Assembly (NCBI GenBank): GCA_951406725.2
Contig: OX597816.1
Location: 1,674,001 to 1,738,000 of the forward strand
From: Octopus vulgaris
Taxonomy: Eukaryota
Reading direction: 5' to 3'
DNA length: 64,000 nucleotides
The position numbers were made by a program, and so were the translations under genes. Positions within the stretch are counted from its first letter, which is position 1, and each line of letters opens with the position of its first letter. Shown piece after piece: positions 37,280 to 50,400 of the stretch. The notes below the pieces were generated by a model. That model was not told where the DNA came from. It worked only from the letters and a program-made list of their open reading frames with translations, and did not search any database.

Positions 37280-38796
37280 ATAGATAGATAGATAGATAGA
37301 TAGGTGGATATATGCCCTGTAGATGAGTTTTTCCTCACTCTTCTCTGCATGCAACACATCATATTTCTCTCCTTCCTTCCTTTATTGTTAATAAAGTACA
37401 GAAACTCCTTTATTCATTTACTTTGGACTGCATTATAAATAGTATTTTTAGGAATACTTGTCCCTACCCAACCTGCAAGATCTAGTTTATGCTTCAATCC
37501 TCTTTTTCTCTTTTTTGACTCTTTTCTCATTAAGTAGAGTAACTGCCACCCAGAAGTTGGGGTCCTATTACAAATAGATCATAATTTCACCTTCACACTT
37601 TTTATTACTTTGTCTCTTTTCTTGTTAATACAAGGTACAGCAGAAAAAAACCTGCCATATTTCACACAGCCATTGTCATGGCACTATTAAAAGACAGGTA
37701 GAAGGTAACGATGTCTTTAAGTCACTGATGTTCAACTGTTTTATATATTTTAGTACCTGTTGTCGTTTGGATTGTTGTACGTTGTGTGTTTGCTATTGAA
37801 ACATTTATCAAGGATGGTGAATTTGGGAGTTCTTTTTGCCACACAGTGTAGAAGTCAATTTAAATTTACTTTGGTTTCACCCTTTAAATTTACTGTGGTA
37901 TGTGTTACACTAAGATATCCAGATTATGTGCTATGTCTAAGTAGACATGGTGTGTGGGTGTTAATAGGTTAAAGCAACATTTTTATAAACAGGTAACTAG
38001 TACAATTTCTATGAATAAAACGTCTATAATTTCTATAAAGCAAAGTGTTAAGGTGGTGACCATTACTATCTCACTTTGTTTATTTCCTCTATTTTTTTTT
38101 TTATTTGTCCTAATTTAAGTAATCAAAAGTCTTTTAAGATCTAAATTTTAAAAGAAACCTCTACTGGAAAGATAAAAAGGGGACAATTGATGTTAATCCT
38201 ATCATAGCCCAAAGAAAACTGGTTGAGTTTGAGACAGTCACGCAATACAATCCACCTTCTTAATAATCCCTATACTTTCATTGGTGGGGATTTTATAAGA
38301 TCTGGGTCCTTGTTTTAAGCTCTATTTCATAACTGAGTATTAAACAAAGTGTCTAGAATCACAGGGGAAAAAATTATTACCCCCCACTCCCACCCACCCT
38401 GGTAATTTTTACCTACCTATACAAGAATATTAGTAAACTAGATGTATTCAGCCGGGTGAACATTATTATGATATAAACACAAATTTATTAAAGAAAACAA
38501 AATGTAATGAGATGCAAGTCAAATTTATGAGGCATCAAATTAAATCCTGTAATTAGTCTTTTTTTTTAATGACAGCCCCCACTTCCATTTTCTATCTCTC
38601 TTAGCTTCTAGAACAGAAACTTACCCCACTTCTGGATTAGTGAGAATGCTGCAGTATTCTAATTGAAAAGGTTTCCTACAAAATCTCTCAGACTTTGCCA
38701 TTGTATTCACAGTTAGACTTTCATAGAAGTCATCTTGTTATCCATGTTCAAACTTGTACCTCGAGACTCTTTCTGTCATTCCTCTTTCCTATTTAA

Positions 38797-39014
38797 CCCT
38801 TTCATTACTGTATTTATTTTGAGATGCTCTGTGTTTCTTTCAATTACTTTAAATATAACAAAGAATTTAATAAAATAACTTAGTTATATAAATTAAGCTA
38901 GTGTTAGGAACATAAATTGTGACTAAAGTTTGGTGGAAGATTTTAATTCAACACTTATGAAAACGAAGACATTTGTACTCAGAGCCGGTTTCAGCCAGGT
39001 TGGTAAAAAAAGGG
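38797..39014. mobile_element. piggyBac-type MITE
   Basis: TTAA|CCCTTT...AAAGGG|TTAA ends with a TTAA target duplication. Confidence 0.7.
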
Positions 39015-39619
39015 TTAAGTGTCGGTGGTGAAATGGCAGGATCGGCAGAGTGCCAGTCAAAATGCCAAACATACTTTGACAGTCTTTCTGTTCAAAACCA
39101 ATCAAGGTTGATTTTTTTTTTCCAGTCATCATTTTGGGTTTAATAAAATAATTATCTGTCACATAATGGAATAGTTTGGATCATTTTAAACTAGTTATAC
39201 CTTTTCCAAAATTTATGACCTTATAACAACTGAAAGGCAAATTATTTTTTTAACTGAAATGATTGTATGAAGAAGCAGCCACAAAGTATTTTATGACATA
39301 CGTCGATGTTCTGAGTTCAAATCCTGCTGAGATAGACTTTATCTTTAAATATTACAGAGTTGATCAGATAAATATTAGTCCAAAAATAGACCAATATAAT
39401 CGATCCCGCTACCCCCAGCCTTCCTTCATTGACTGTGTTTGTCTTGAGGCTAAGTTTGAAGTCATAAATATGGCTTCTTAGAGTCGGAGATTGAGAGAAT
39501 CCTTCGAGCAGAAGACAAGTTGCTTTGTTGTATTTCATCTAGCTCTTTCCTGAAATAACATTTTATTCCATTTCTTCCCAAATATTTTTGAGTGGGGATG
39601 GTCACATTAGAATATATAC

Positions 39620-40030
39620 AGGGCGTAGGAGTGGCTGTGTGGTATTTAGCTTGCTTACAAACCACATGGTTCTGGGTTCAGTCACACTGCATGGCACTTT
39701 GGGCAAGTGTCTTCTACTATAGCCTCGGGCTGACCAAAGCCTTGTTAGCGGATTTGGTAGACGGAAACTGAAAGAAGCCTGTCGTATATATGTATGTGTG
39801 TGTATGTGTTTGTGTGTCTGTGTTTGTCTCCCAACATCCATTGACAACTGACGGTGGTGTGTTTACGTCCCCGTAACTTAGCAGTTCGGCAAAAGAGAAC
39901 AATAGAATAAGTACCAGGCTTACAAAGAATAAGTACTGGGGTTGACTTGCTCAACTAAAGGAGGTACTCCAGCATGGCCACAGTCAAATGACTGAAACAA
40001 GTAAAAGAAAAGAGAGAGTAAAGAGTAGAT
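39620..40030 (+). mobile_element. tRNA-head SINE (another family; copies also at about 22730-23140 -, 9545-9710 +, 51565-51790 +)
   Basis: ggcgtaggagtggctgtgtgg...ggttcagtc head, gatttggtagacggaaactgaaagaagcc core and gactgaaacaagtaaaaga tail. Confidence 0.8.
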
Positions 40031-40060
40031 ATAGATCTCTCTCTCTCTCTCTCTCTCTCT

Positions 40061-40100
<40 letters not shown>

Positions 40101-41421
40101 TACTCATTGAAACAAAATATTCTGCTAATAGTTGTCATAACTTAGATATTGATTTCCTCGCTGTCTTTCATGTTTTTGACCATTCTCCTTAAATGCATAT
40201 AATACAACTATGACTGTAGAATTGTCTAACACTTTTTCTGGAAAAATCCAATTTTTTTAGGTCAGCTGTTGTTACTTTATTAATATTTTGTGTGCATTTA
40301 TTTGCTAACATAAAACTAGAGAAAATATATAATAGGTGTAGCGAGGCTCCTACTGAATTTTGAACTATCACTTTCAGGTTTCCCGGTTCAGGACCATAAC
40401 GTACAATACTATCATAAAAGACATTAATGCCTTCACAATATGGTTTGACCGATCAACATTAGCTGACCAGTTATGGTAGACACAGTGAACATCAAAAGAA
40501 GTGTGTGGGTTTTCTTGCCAAATAGCTTAATCAAAAGTTCTAGAAACTTTTGCTTACAGTTCTAAAAATCTGATGATTTCATCCCCAGCTCAAGAAGTCA
40601 CACAGATTGTCGCTTTGTTCAGTGAGTTGGTCTCTTATCCTCTTACTTTTCCTCACTTGTATCATGTTTGACAAAAGGCTCTGACCTTGAGTTGTTATAT
40701 CAAATCCTACACATGTTACTTACATGCACTTGTTCTGTCTCCTAATTTGTCTACCTTTAATAGCCATGAACTATTTTCTGTAATATTATCTAGGATGTTG
40801 TATTGGAAAAGAATTTTGACTATTCAATTTGTTACGTCACAAATGGTGTTTTATTGAATCAGATATATGTACACATAAATACAAATATTCTGGGTTAACA
40901 AAAATATATAAAAACTCAAATAATTATTAGTGTGATCATTTTCACATGCAACCTACTTGTGTCCAACCAATGATGGATTAATGACTAAAGAATCACTCTA
41001 TAGATATAAGACAAGATAATGAAAAGTTGTAAAAGACCGCAGATGTGTTAACAATTCAACTTGAAGTTTATTTGTCAAATGTAAAAGGGTAAAGATTTAT
41101 TCTGAAAACAATAAATTAAAAAAATTTTTAAATTTGAAATAAACCTGGAGGTGCTATTTTAAAAATATTCAGGTTCAATTATTTGGATTTTGGTGTTTAC
41201 TCAAAACATGTTCCTATAAGGAGTTGATAACCAAAATATGGACCAAGACATAACATTGTACAAAGAAATAATGAAAGAATATGTGGAAAAATCAGGCTCA
41301 TAGCACTTATTATTGATAATTCAAAGACTCTTTATTCAACATTTAATCCAAAAACAGCAAACATTTTGGATTTATTCAGCTTCCAAGTTTAATGATCTAA
41401 CTTTTCAGGGGAGTTAATCTC

Positions 41422-41463
<42 letters not shown>

Positions 41464-42224
41464 GTTTTTGGCAGTAAATAATGCCATCTAATTTTGGCAC
41501 AAAGCCAGCAGTTTTGAGGGGAGGGGTAAATCAATTACATCAAGCCCAATACTTGATTGGTATTTCAATTTACTGACCCAGAAATGATGAATGGCAAAGT
41601 CAACCTCAGCAGGATTTGAACTTAGACTGTAAAGAGCCACAACAAATGCTTGTAACGATGTGAAGTCAGTTGTCTTGAATTCAATAAAATGTGCCAAGGA
41701 AGCTTCAAAACCCGTCCATTCAACAATAAATCCACTTTGAACAATAAGGGAAAGAGAGAAACTACAGTCTTGTCCAGATATATTTGGATATTGAAAGACT
41801 GAAATGCTGACAGCAAGTTTCCATTCACTAAATTTTGACTCCTGTTAAACAGAATCTTATGAGTGGAATTTGGTTGATGGAAACGGCACAGAAACCTGTC
41901 AGATGTGTGTATGTCAATGACGGATGGACAGAACTGGTGCTTAGAAAGCTCGAATTTTATTATATCTGAGTTTACCCAAGTACCAGATAGTAAATATAGA
42001 CGTGTGTGTGTGTATGAGGTGAGGGTGAGAGAGTGAGGCAGAGAGTTTGTAAAGTAAGGGAAGTATATATTTCCGAAATTAAAGAAAAAAAACATTTGTA
42101 TTTACAAGGAAATAGTTTTGGAGAGAAAACCTTCGTTAGGGTCTCTTACTGATCCTCTTCTACATTCTTGTTGTATTTTCTTCACATTTTCTGCACTAAT
42201 TGTAAACATATTGAATTACTGCCA

Positions 42225-42485
42225 TGCACACACGCGCACATACATACACTCACACACACACGCTCTTGCACTCACGCACACACACGCTCATGCACACACA
42301 CTCATACTCACACACACACTCATACACACACACACACTCATGCACACACACACACACACACACACACTCATACTCACACACACACTCATGCACATACACT
42401 CAGGCACACACACACGCACACACACATACACTCACGCACACACACTCATACTCACACACACACACTCACGCGCACACACACACAG
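42225..42485. repeat. Degenerate (CA)n microsatellite
   Basis: Read directly from the sequence. Source of the poly-HT ORFs. Confidence 0.95.
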
Positions 42486-42577
42486 CAATTGTTTTATGGA
42501 AATCTATTTGGGTTGAACAGCTTTGTTGCAAAGTGTTTTCCTGATGGTTACTTGGCAAAAATCAGAAGAGAAGTAAG

Positions 42578-42613
<36 letters not shown>

Positions 42614-43762
42614 GTTCACTCTTGCATCATTCTGGAGTAATTTTCAGCTGATTAAGACCCCCACAAAACCCTTTTATGCTCATGCATGTTTATTTCTTTG
42701 CAGAATGGTTTTCTCTTTCTTTTGTAAGACTGAGTCAGAAGAGGAATGTCAGTCGCTTAACCTGACTTCCAAAATCTCTGAGACAAGCTGAAGGAATTGA
42801 AGAGGTCATCTGTCCCCTGGAGATTTGTCCAGAAAGTCTGCAACAGAACTGACTCTGCTAAAGGTACCCATGGGCAGGTAACAGAGTCAGTTAGACCAGG
42901 TGATAGAGATTATGAATGTCGCTCCAAAACAGGAACAAACTCACTGACAAGCTTCTATACAGTCTCCAGATTCAACTCACAAACTTTAGGTATACCAAGG
43001 ATTATGGGGTGACAGAGGTGTAAATGCCTGGCTTGCCAGCACCTGAGGTAGGGCAAGTATTATTCACCCTAAACGTTGAGTTATTAATATTTATTTTTTG
43101 ACTTTTGAAATATTGCATCCAGGTTACCCACCCGTATGGCCCCTGAGCACTCTGTATCTCTGTGGTAGAAAATACATGCTCAAGGTACTGTGTAGTGAGA
43201 TTGAACTTCAGTCCATTGAATGACAAAATGGATTTCTTAGCCACACATCCTTGCCAGCATTTCTGTTCACCATGAAGTGCTCAAAACAATCATCACACTT
43301 CTCTTTTCACTCTGTTTTAAAAGGAAGAACGAGAAGTTGTGATATTCGTGCATTTCTCAAGGAAGTTATCATTGAATTCTATTCCAATGGAAGCCTAGCA
43401 GACAGGCATTGCTTGCAGAATTGCATCCCTTCTTCCCTGCACACTTGTTATTTTGCTAAATCATAAGAATGGCTTTATAACATAGGCACGTATTATTGGA
43501 ATTAAAATCCTCACCATCATCATGAAATTTACTGGGGCAGAATATTTTCTTCTGCTGGATGCCTTTCCTGTTGCCAACTCTCACCAGTGTCCAAGGAAGG
43601 TCATAGTTTCCCCCTTGGCCAAAAAGGTTTTCCACAAAATACTGGAAATGAATGGTATTGCTTGCTTCATGGCGAGGCTCATTTACAACCATCATGTCAC
43701 TATTATTTTTTACACACACACACACACACATGAATTTATTTATGTGTTTATGTGTGTGTGTG

Positions 43763-43809
<47 letters not shown>

Positions 43810-43810
<1 letters not shown>

Positions 43811-44550
43811 ACTGAGTGTAAGCACACTGAGAGAAAAGTTGGACATAAGAAACATCAGATGTGGTATGCAAGTGAGACAACTGTGCTGGTATGGTCATGT
43901 GTTGTGTATGGTTGAGGACAGCTGTGTGAAAAAGTGTCATAACCTATCAGTAGAGGGAACCTGTGGGAGAGGTAGACCCATGAAGACCTGGGATGAGGTG
44001 GTGAAGCACGACCTTCAAACATTGGGCCTCACCGAGGCAATGACAAGTGACCAAGACCTTTGGAGATATGCTGTGCTTGAGAAGACCTGGCAAGCCAAGT
44101 AAGACCATAACCGTGGCCTGTGCCAGTGCAGCATAACCAGCCCATTTAAGAGTACCCTTCAATCATTGGGCAATAAACTACGCTTGAGAAGACCTGTTGA
44201 GGCAAGTGAAATCGTTGTTGTGGCCAATGACAGTGCCGCCTGATTGGCACTCGTGCCAGTGACACATTACAAGCACCATTCGAGCATAATCGTTGCCAGT
44301 GCTGTCTGACTGGCTCCTGTGCCGGTGGCATGTAAAAAGCATCATTTGAGCCTCGTCAATGCCAGTACCACCTGAATGGCCCTCGTGCCTGTGGCACATA
44401 AAAAGCGCCCACTACACTCTTGGAGTAGTTGGCATTAGGAAGGGCATCCAGCTGTAGAAACTCTGCCAGATCATATTGAAGCCTGGTCAGTTAAACTGTC
44501 TAACCCATGCCAGCATGGAAAGCGGACATTAAATGACGACGATGATGATG
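43810..44550 (+). mobile_element. RTE-clade LINE 3' fragment
   Basis: Translates LCWYGHVLCMVEDSCVKK...GRGRPMKTWDEVV. (GAT)n tail. Confidence 0.85.
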
Positions 44551-44564
44551 ATATATGGGTATCA

Positions 44565-44618
<54 letters not shown>

Positions 44619-45388
44619 TTATACATACACACACACACACATGCACACAAACACTAATTGTATATGACTTACTTTTTTGTGTCTGTTTATACAAGAATTA
44701 GTAATGAAAACTTGTTTCCTGAACCACATGTCACTTGCTATTGTCACCTTCCACATAATCTAACTTGTTTTTGTTATAATTAACATGTTTATGGTAATGA
44801 ACCAAGTCATTAGAAAGGTTTTAGAAAAGTGGGATTCCTTGGATGAAGTTTGTCTCATGATTGTCTGTGAATAGAACATTGTACCAAGAAGTTGGGATCA
44901 TGGAGCTGAGTATGGCAGACACCAAGTCAAATAACAACAATTATAATCAATAGGGCTTCTGGAGAGGGTCATCTTTGTTTCTTGAGGTTTAACTTACATA
45001 TCTAAACTATAATAAAAAAAAGTTGCCAATGGGTGCATCAAGGAAGCACTTTTTACCTTCAGAGAGGATTTTTTTTCTCCACAGTGGCTGCTGTTTGCCT
45101 TTTGCATGTCACAAACATTCAGTTGATCATTTCTCTGTTCCAAGTTTGAGACATTGTGTCTATCATGGGGCCTATGCAAGAAATCAATATTTTAAATAAA
45201 ATAAATTGATACATAATAAAAATGATAATCTAAAAATAATGATACTTTATTACATTGTTCATTAAGAAGATTATAATACATTTAATTATCGTATAGCATA
45301 ACTTCTAAAGTAGATTGTGATTTGACAAACGTTTGGCTGTTGTGTGTAGCAAATCAAGAGACCAGGTAAAGGAGGCCACAATTCATTA

Positions 45389-45497
45389 GCTTCTTCTTCT
45401 TCTTCTTCTTCTTCTTCTTCTTCTTCTTCTTCTTCTTCTTCTTCTTCTTCTTCTCCTTCTCCTCGTCGTCGTCATCTCCTCCTCATCCTCCTCCTCT
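45389..45497. repeat. (TTC)n grading into (TCG)/(TCC)n microsatellite
   Basis: Read directly from the sequence. Confidence 0.95.
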
Positions 45498-46116
45498 TTA
45501 TGAAATTCTGATATTCCAATGTCATCATTTCTTGACAATTTACTTTGTGTTTTAAACCCCTAAACTGCATGTTAACCTGGATTAGCCCTGAACATGGACA
45601 ATTTCCATTTATAGAATAGAACAAAATTGAATTTTCTTCCTAAATAACTAATCACCCAACACAAATAAAATTAGCAAAATTTTTTTTTAAATAAATGCTC
45701 ATTTGGCTTCACTTTGCTAACATATACAGCAATACGTCACTTTATGAGAACCTGCATTACAAGACCCCAGGTTTTATTTTTCAAGCACAAGATCCGAATT
45801 TTGAATGAAGGGCAAAAGTTTCTACAGCCATAGCAACTGCTTCTGCATATTATCAAGAAATTTATAGAGAGCAAAAAAAAAACTTCTTAGCAAAAAACCC
45901 TAGACTTGTTTTTTAAAAAGAAATCTACAAGTCTGTCCATGAGTGCTTGTGAATTGGCAATCAAGTCTACAAGTGATGGTGTGTGTGAGTCTAATACAAA
46001 TGAAAGGGATTCAGAAAATGATTATATTTTTATTATAAAATGATCTTGACATTCTTTTTAATTTACATAAAATATTCTTTACATTCTACTGTTGTTTTAT
46101 TGCCATTTAACTACGA

Positions 46117-46152
<36 letters not shown>

Positions 46153-47112
46153 GTGTAACATCCGCTTTCCATGCTAGCATGGGTTGGACGATTTTGACTG
46201 AGGGCTGGTGAACCAGATGGCTGCACTAGGCTCCAATCATGATCTGGCAGAGTTTCTACAGCTGGATGCCCTTCCTAACGCCAACAACTCCAAGAGTGTA
46301 TTAAGTGCTTTTTATGTGCCACCGGCACGGGGCCAGTCAGGCGGTACTGGCAACGATCTCACTTGAATCTTTTTACACATGCCAACGGCACAGGTGCCAG
46401 TAAGGTGACGTTGGTAACGATCACGCTCAATGGTGCTCTTTTACGTGATTGTAAGTAAAATATTTTTCTGGGAATGAATTATGATTTATAACATTGCTAC
46501 TATGGGGGTTTATTGCCCTGCTTTACGAGTGGTCTCTGAGAATAAGTTAACTCATATATTGAGGCATTACTGTAGCTACGTTTGTAATGAAGATTTGATA
46601 ACATACTTTCATCTTGACTCGCAGAAAGGCAGATGACTGGAATCACTCTGGACAAAATGACTTTTGCTCTGAAACTTATTCAAATGGTCGCAGTGAGTTA
46701 CTACTTTCGTGGCACTCCGTCGGTTACGACGAGGGTTCCACTTGATTTGATCAACGGAGCAGTCTGCTTGTGAAATTAACGTACAAGTGGCTGAGCACTC
46801 CACAGACATGTTTACCTTTAACATAGTTCTCAGGGAGATTCAGTGTAACACAGAGTGTGACAAGGCTGGCCCTTTGAAATACAGGTACAACAGAAACTGG
46901 AAGAAAGAATGAGAAAAAGTTGTGGTGAAAGAGTACAGCAGGGTTGGCCCCCCCGCTCCCCTGCTGGAGCCTCGTGGAGCTTTAGGTGTTTTCATTCAAT
47001 AAACACTCACAACGCCTGGTCTGGGAATAGAAACCACGAGTCCACTGCCCTAACCACTGGGCCATTGTGCCTCCGGGTTATTACTAACACCCAACCCATG
47101 TCCAATATTTAA

Positions 47113-47446
47113 CCTTTTAGAATTCAAATTACTTTATCAGATGTAAAGCTTTTTATTCATGCATTGTCTGGTGGCTGTTTGTATTTAGAATGACATTGTA
47201 GGGTAGGTGTGAGAGGCTGGATCTGACTCGTGGGATCATAGACCAGGGAGAAGACTTGGGTTGGTTGTGGTCAGTTTGAATGTTAAAGGATTAACACTTT
47301 TTTTCAGTCAAATTTGAAAATAACAAAGAATTTAATAAAATAAAACAACCCTGTCGTTGTTAATCTGGTCTTTGGAGCAGATCAATTAGCATGAAACTTG
47401 TCTCATAAAAGCAGGGGTGGTCGCAGGTGGGTTGGTATGAAAAGAG
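47113..47446. mobile_element. Two adjacent decayed TTAA-bounded MITEs (47113-47290 and 47295-47446)
   Basis: TTAA at all three junctions. The second shares aataacaaagaatttaataaaataa and ggttggta with the 38.8-kb MITE. Confidence 0.55.
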
Positions 47447-50400
47447 TTAAATAATAACATGCTACATTTGAGAAATCTATTTAGAACAAACTGTTAACCA
47501 GATCAAATTCTTTCTCCCTGTGACACTAAAAATACAACGGAGTCACACATTTTTGTCTGTGTTGTTATGTCACCATTTGGCTCTTGGCTGATTGTTGTTA
47601 GCCACACAGCCTGCTGACTACATATTGACGTTCAACCACTTGCATTTATGGAGTAGATACATTACACACAGTATGTGGTGAGTGGGCACAGTTGTTAGAG
47701 TGTTAGAATAGACTTGCCTTGTGGTATTTGCTCCTTCTCTCTATGATCCTGTCAGGATCAGCTTTATCTTTTGGGATCAATAACCTACCAATGTAGAACT
47801 ATCCCTTATTAACTTGTACTGTGACTCCCAAATTGTGTTTCCCTGGTTGAGCAGTTCTGTGGCACTGAGGTAATTGGTCAAGTTAAGAGCTCTGACCCTC
47901 AGAACCATTTTTCCAGTTATGCCATACTCCTCCATTTAGCTGATGACCATCCTGCAGGGATTAAACTATACAGGGTAGAATGTGACAGTCTGGACATACT
48001 GCACTCTCTCTCCCTCTCCCCTCCCCCCCTCTCATGTCCAGCTTATTTCTGTATTCCTCTAGACTCTGTGGCTCCAACAGAAGTGGGCAAGTTGGACTTT
48101 GGTCAGTGCAGTTGCTGTTTCTTGGTGCTAAGTTCCCCAGGCACAGTGTCTGGGGTCAGCAAGCTTATTTGATGTTGCCACTGTTTCTGTGTTTATACGA
48201 TTCTGTTTGTCTTGGCCAGGGATCAGCAAACTCCTTACACCCTTGACCCTTCATGCAGTCATTGATATCTTATCAATTCCTGTCAGGTAAATTTCTAAAA
48301 TAAATTTCAAAATGTATAATTAATAACAAATTTCTTCATTTAAAAACAATAATTCCTTTGTTCTTTTGTGCCATCACCTCTTTTTAACGAGGAATATTTA
48401 AAGAAATTTAATGAAAATACTTAACAGAACTGATAAAGAAAAACAATAAGGTTCAGCTATTTATTGATCCCTTGAATAACCATGAAGGTCGCCTAGGGGT
48501 CAATATTGGTTTCAAGTTTTGCACAAGGCCAACATGTTCAGGAGAGGGAGTAAGTAAATTACATCAACCGCAGGGCTCAACTGGTATCGACCCAGAAAAG
48601 ATGAAAGGCAAAGTCAACCTCAGTGGAATTTAAACTCAGATTGTGAAGTCGGAGGAAATGCTACTAAGCATTTTTTCTGGTGCAGTAAGGATTCGGCCAG
48701 CTCACTCTCTAGGGGTCACTATTAACTACTCTGCTGACCCCTGGTCTAGGCTGCGTGAGAGAGATTGTCTTTATAAAAGCTGTTATAGTAATATTGCTTT
48801 GAGTTGCTGTTTGTGTGTTTGGGGAGGTGTTTCGTGCAGCAACAAGGGCTGCAGGGTGGTTGATGTTTGCAGTGACAATAGACTGTGTTTCTTGCATGAC
48901 TAGATTTTTAGATAAATGGTCAATGGGCTTAACTTAGCAAACCTATATTTACAACTGTAATGAAGATTCAGTGATGTATTTTCGTCTTAACTTCGACACT
49001 ACCAGATGATGTGAAACACTCGGAATTAAAACCATTTTTACTCAAAAACGTATTTTTCAGTTTTGTGTTATTGGTAATTTGTAGGTGTGGTCTGCAACCA
49101 ACTTTGTTATGGATGCTGTTCTGAGCTCTTTGAGGTTTGGCTTGAAGAGAGAATCTGGCAACGGATAGAGCAGAAGTGAGAGGGGAACTGCATTTTAGAA
49201 ACAATCTCACTGGGGTTGATGCCACAGGAACAATATCAGGTGCTGACTTCTCGATTTATTGATTGGTAGCCTAGCGAGCATGCTAATTAAAATGTCAGAC
49301 TATGACAGGTGATGACAGTTTAGTTTGATCTTCAACAAATAAAATGTATTACTAAGTAATAAGTTTTTCATGAGAAATTTTTTACAACAAATAATTCTAT
49401 TAAAAAGTTACTCCAGATCTCTACAAATATATTCTGTAGACCCCAATTTGAAACTCTGATCTTGATGTTTCTTGGAAATTACCTAAAAACTACATCAAAA
49501 CATGCTTGGAATTGTCATTATCCTTACCATCTACATTTCCCTATTTAGTTTTGATTGATTTTTATTAATTAAGATTCTGGAGATGTCTTTGTCTTTCTTC
49601 ACCATAATTAATCGTTAAGCAAATAATTTTTCTCTCTCCAATCAAAATAATAATTCATAGGTATCAATATATATATGTAACTGGAAAATCTTCCGCTTCT
49701 ATCAGCCTTCCTAAAAGTAAACCAAAGTTCACAACCTCTGTAAAGAAGAGCATTTTAAGAAAGCAGTGACTTGCCTGTTAGTTCAACCATTGACTCTGAA
49801 GATATGAAATAGTGTAAGATAGAGAGGAGGAGAGAATGAACATGGTCACTCAACTTGCTGAAAATAACAGCTAAATCTCATAGATTACATCCTACTATCT
49901 TAAATAAAGGGGTTGTTATAGCTGGAACCTGTTTCACCAGGGTTTTGTTTGACTACAACTGATGTGGGAGGACACAACAACAGCAAAGTTTGAGCCAACG
50001 AAAGGGAGTCTCTGTGCAAACATTCAATCTGCTGGATAAAGCAGTCAAATTTCCCTCAAATTATATTCTATTATCTTAAATTAAGAAAGGACAAATTGAA
50101 AAATGGAGTCTCACACACAACAATAACAACCAAGTTTACTTTAACAAGAAAACTTTTGCATGGTCACTCAGCCTGCTAGAAATAACAGCTGAATTTCCCT
50201 TCCCTCAAATGCTATCTTACTGTCTGAAATTAGTAAAGGGTTTATTGGATAACATAGCTCCATATATACAAAGAGATAATATAAATTGCATAAATGAAGA
50301 GAAAATTGCCCAGAGGGCAGTGTGTCATCAAATTTTTTGGCTCATTAAGTCTATTAGCCTCTGCTTAACCAGTTGTTCTGCCATTGTCTCCAGTCTAACG

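Noticed and set aside
42118-42791. His/Thr-rich ORFs up to 207 aa
   Set aside because: Translations of a (CA)n repeat, open in all three frames.
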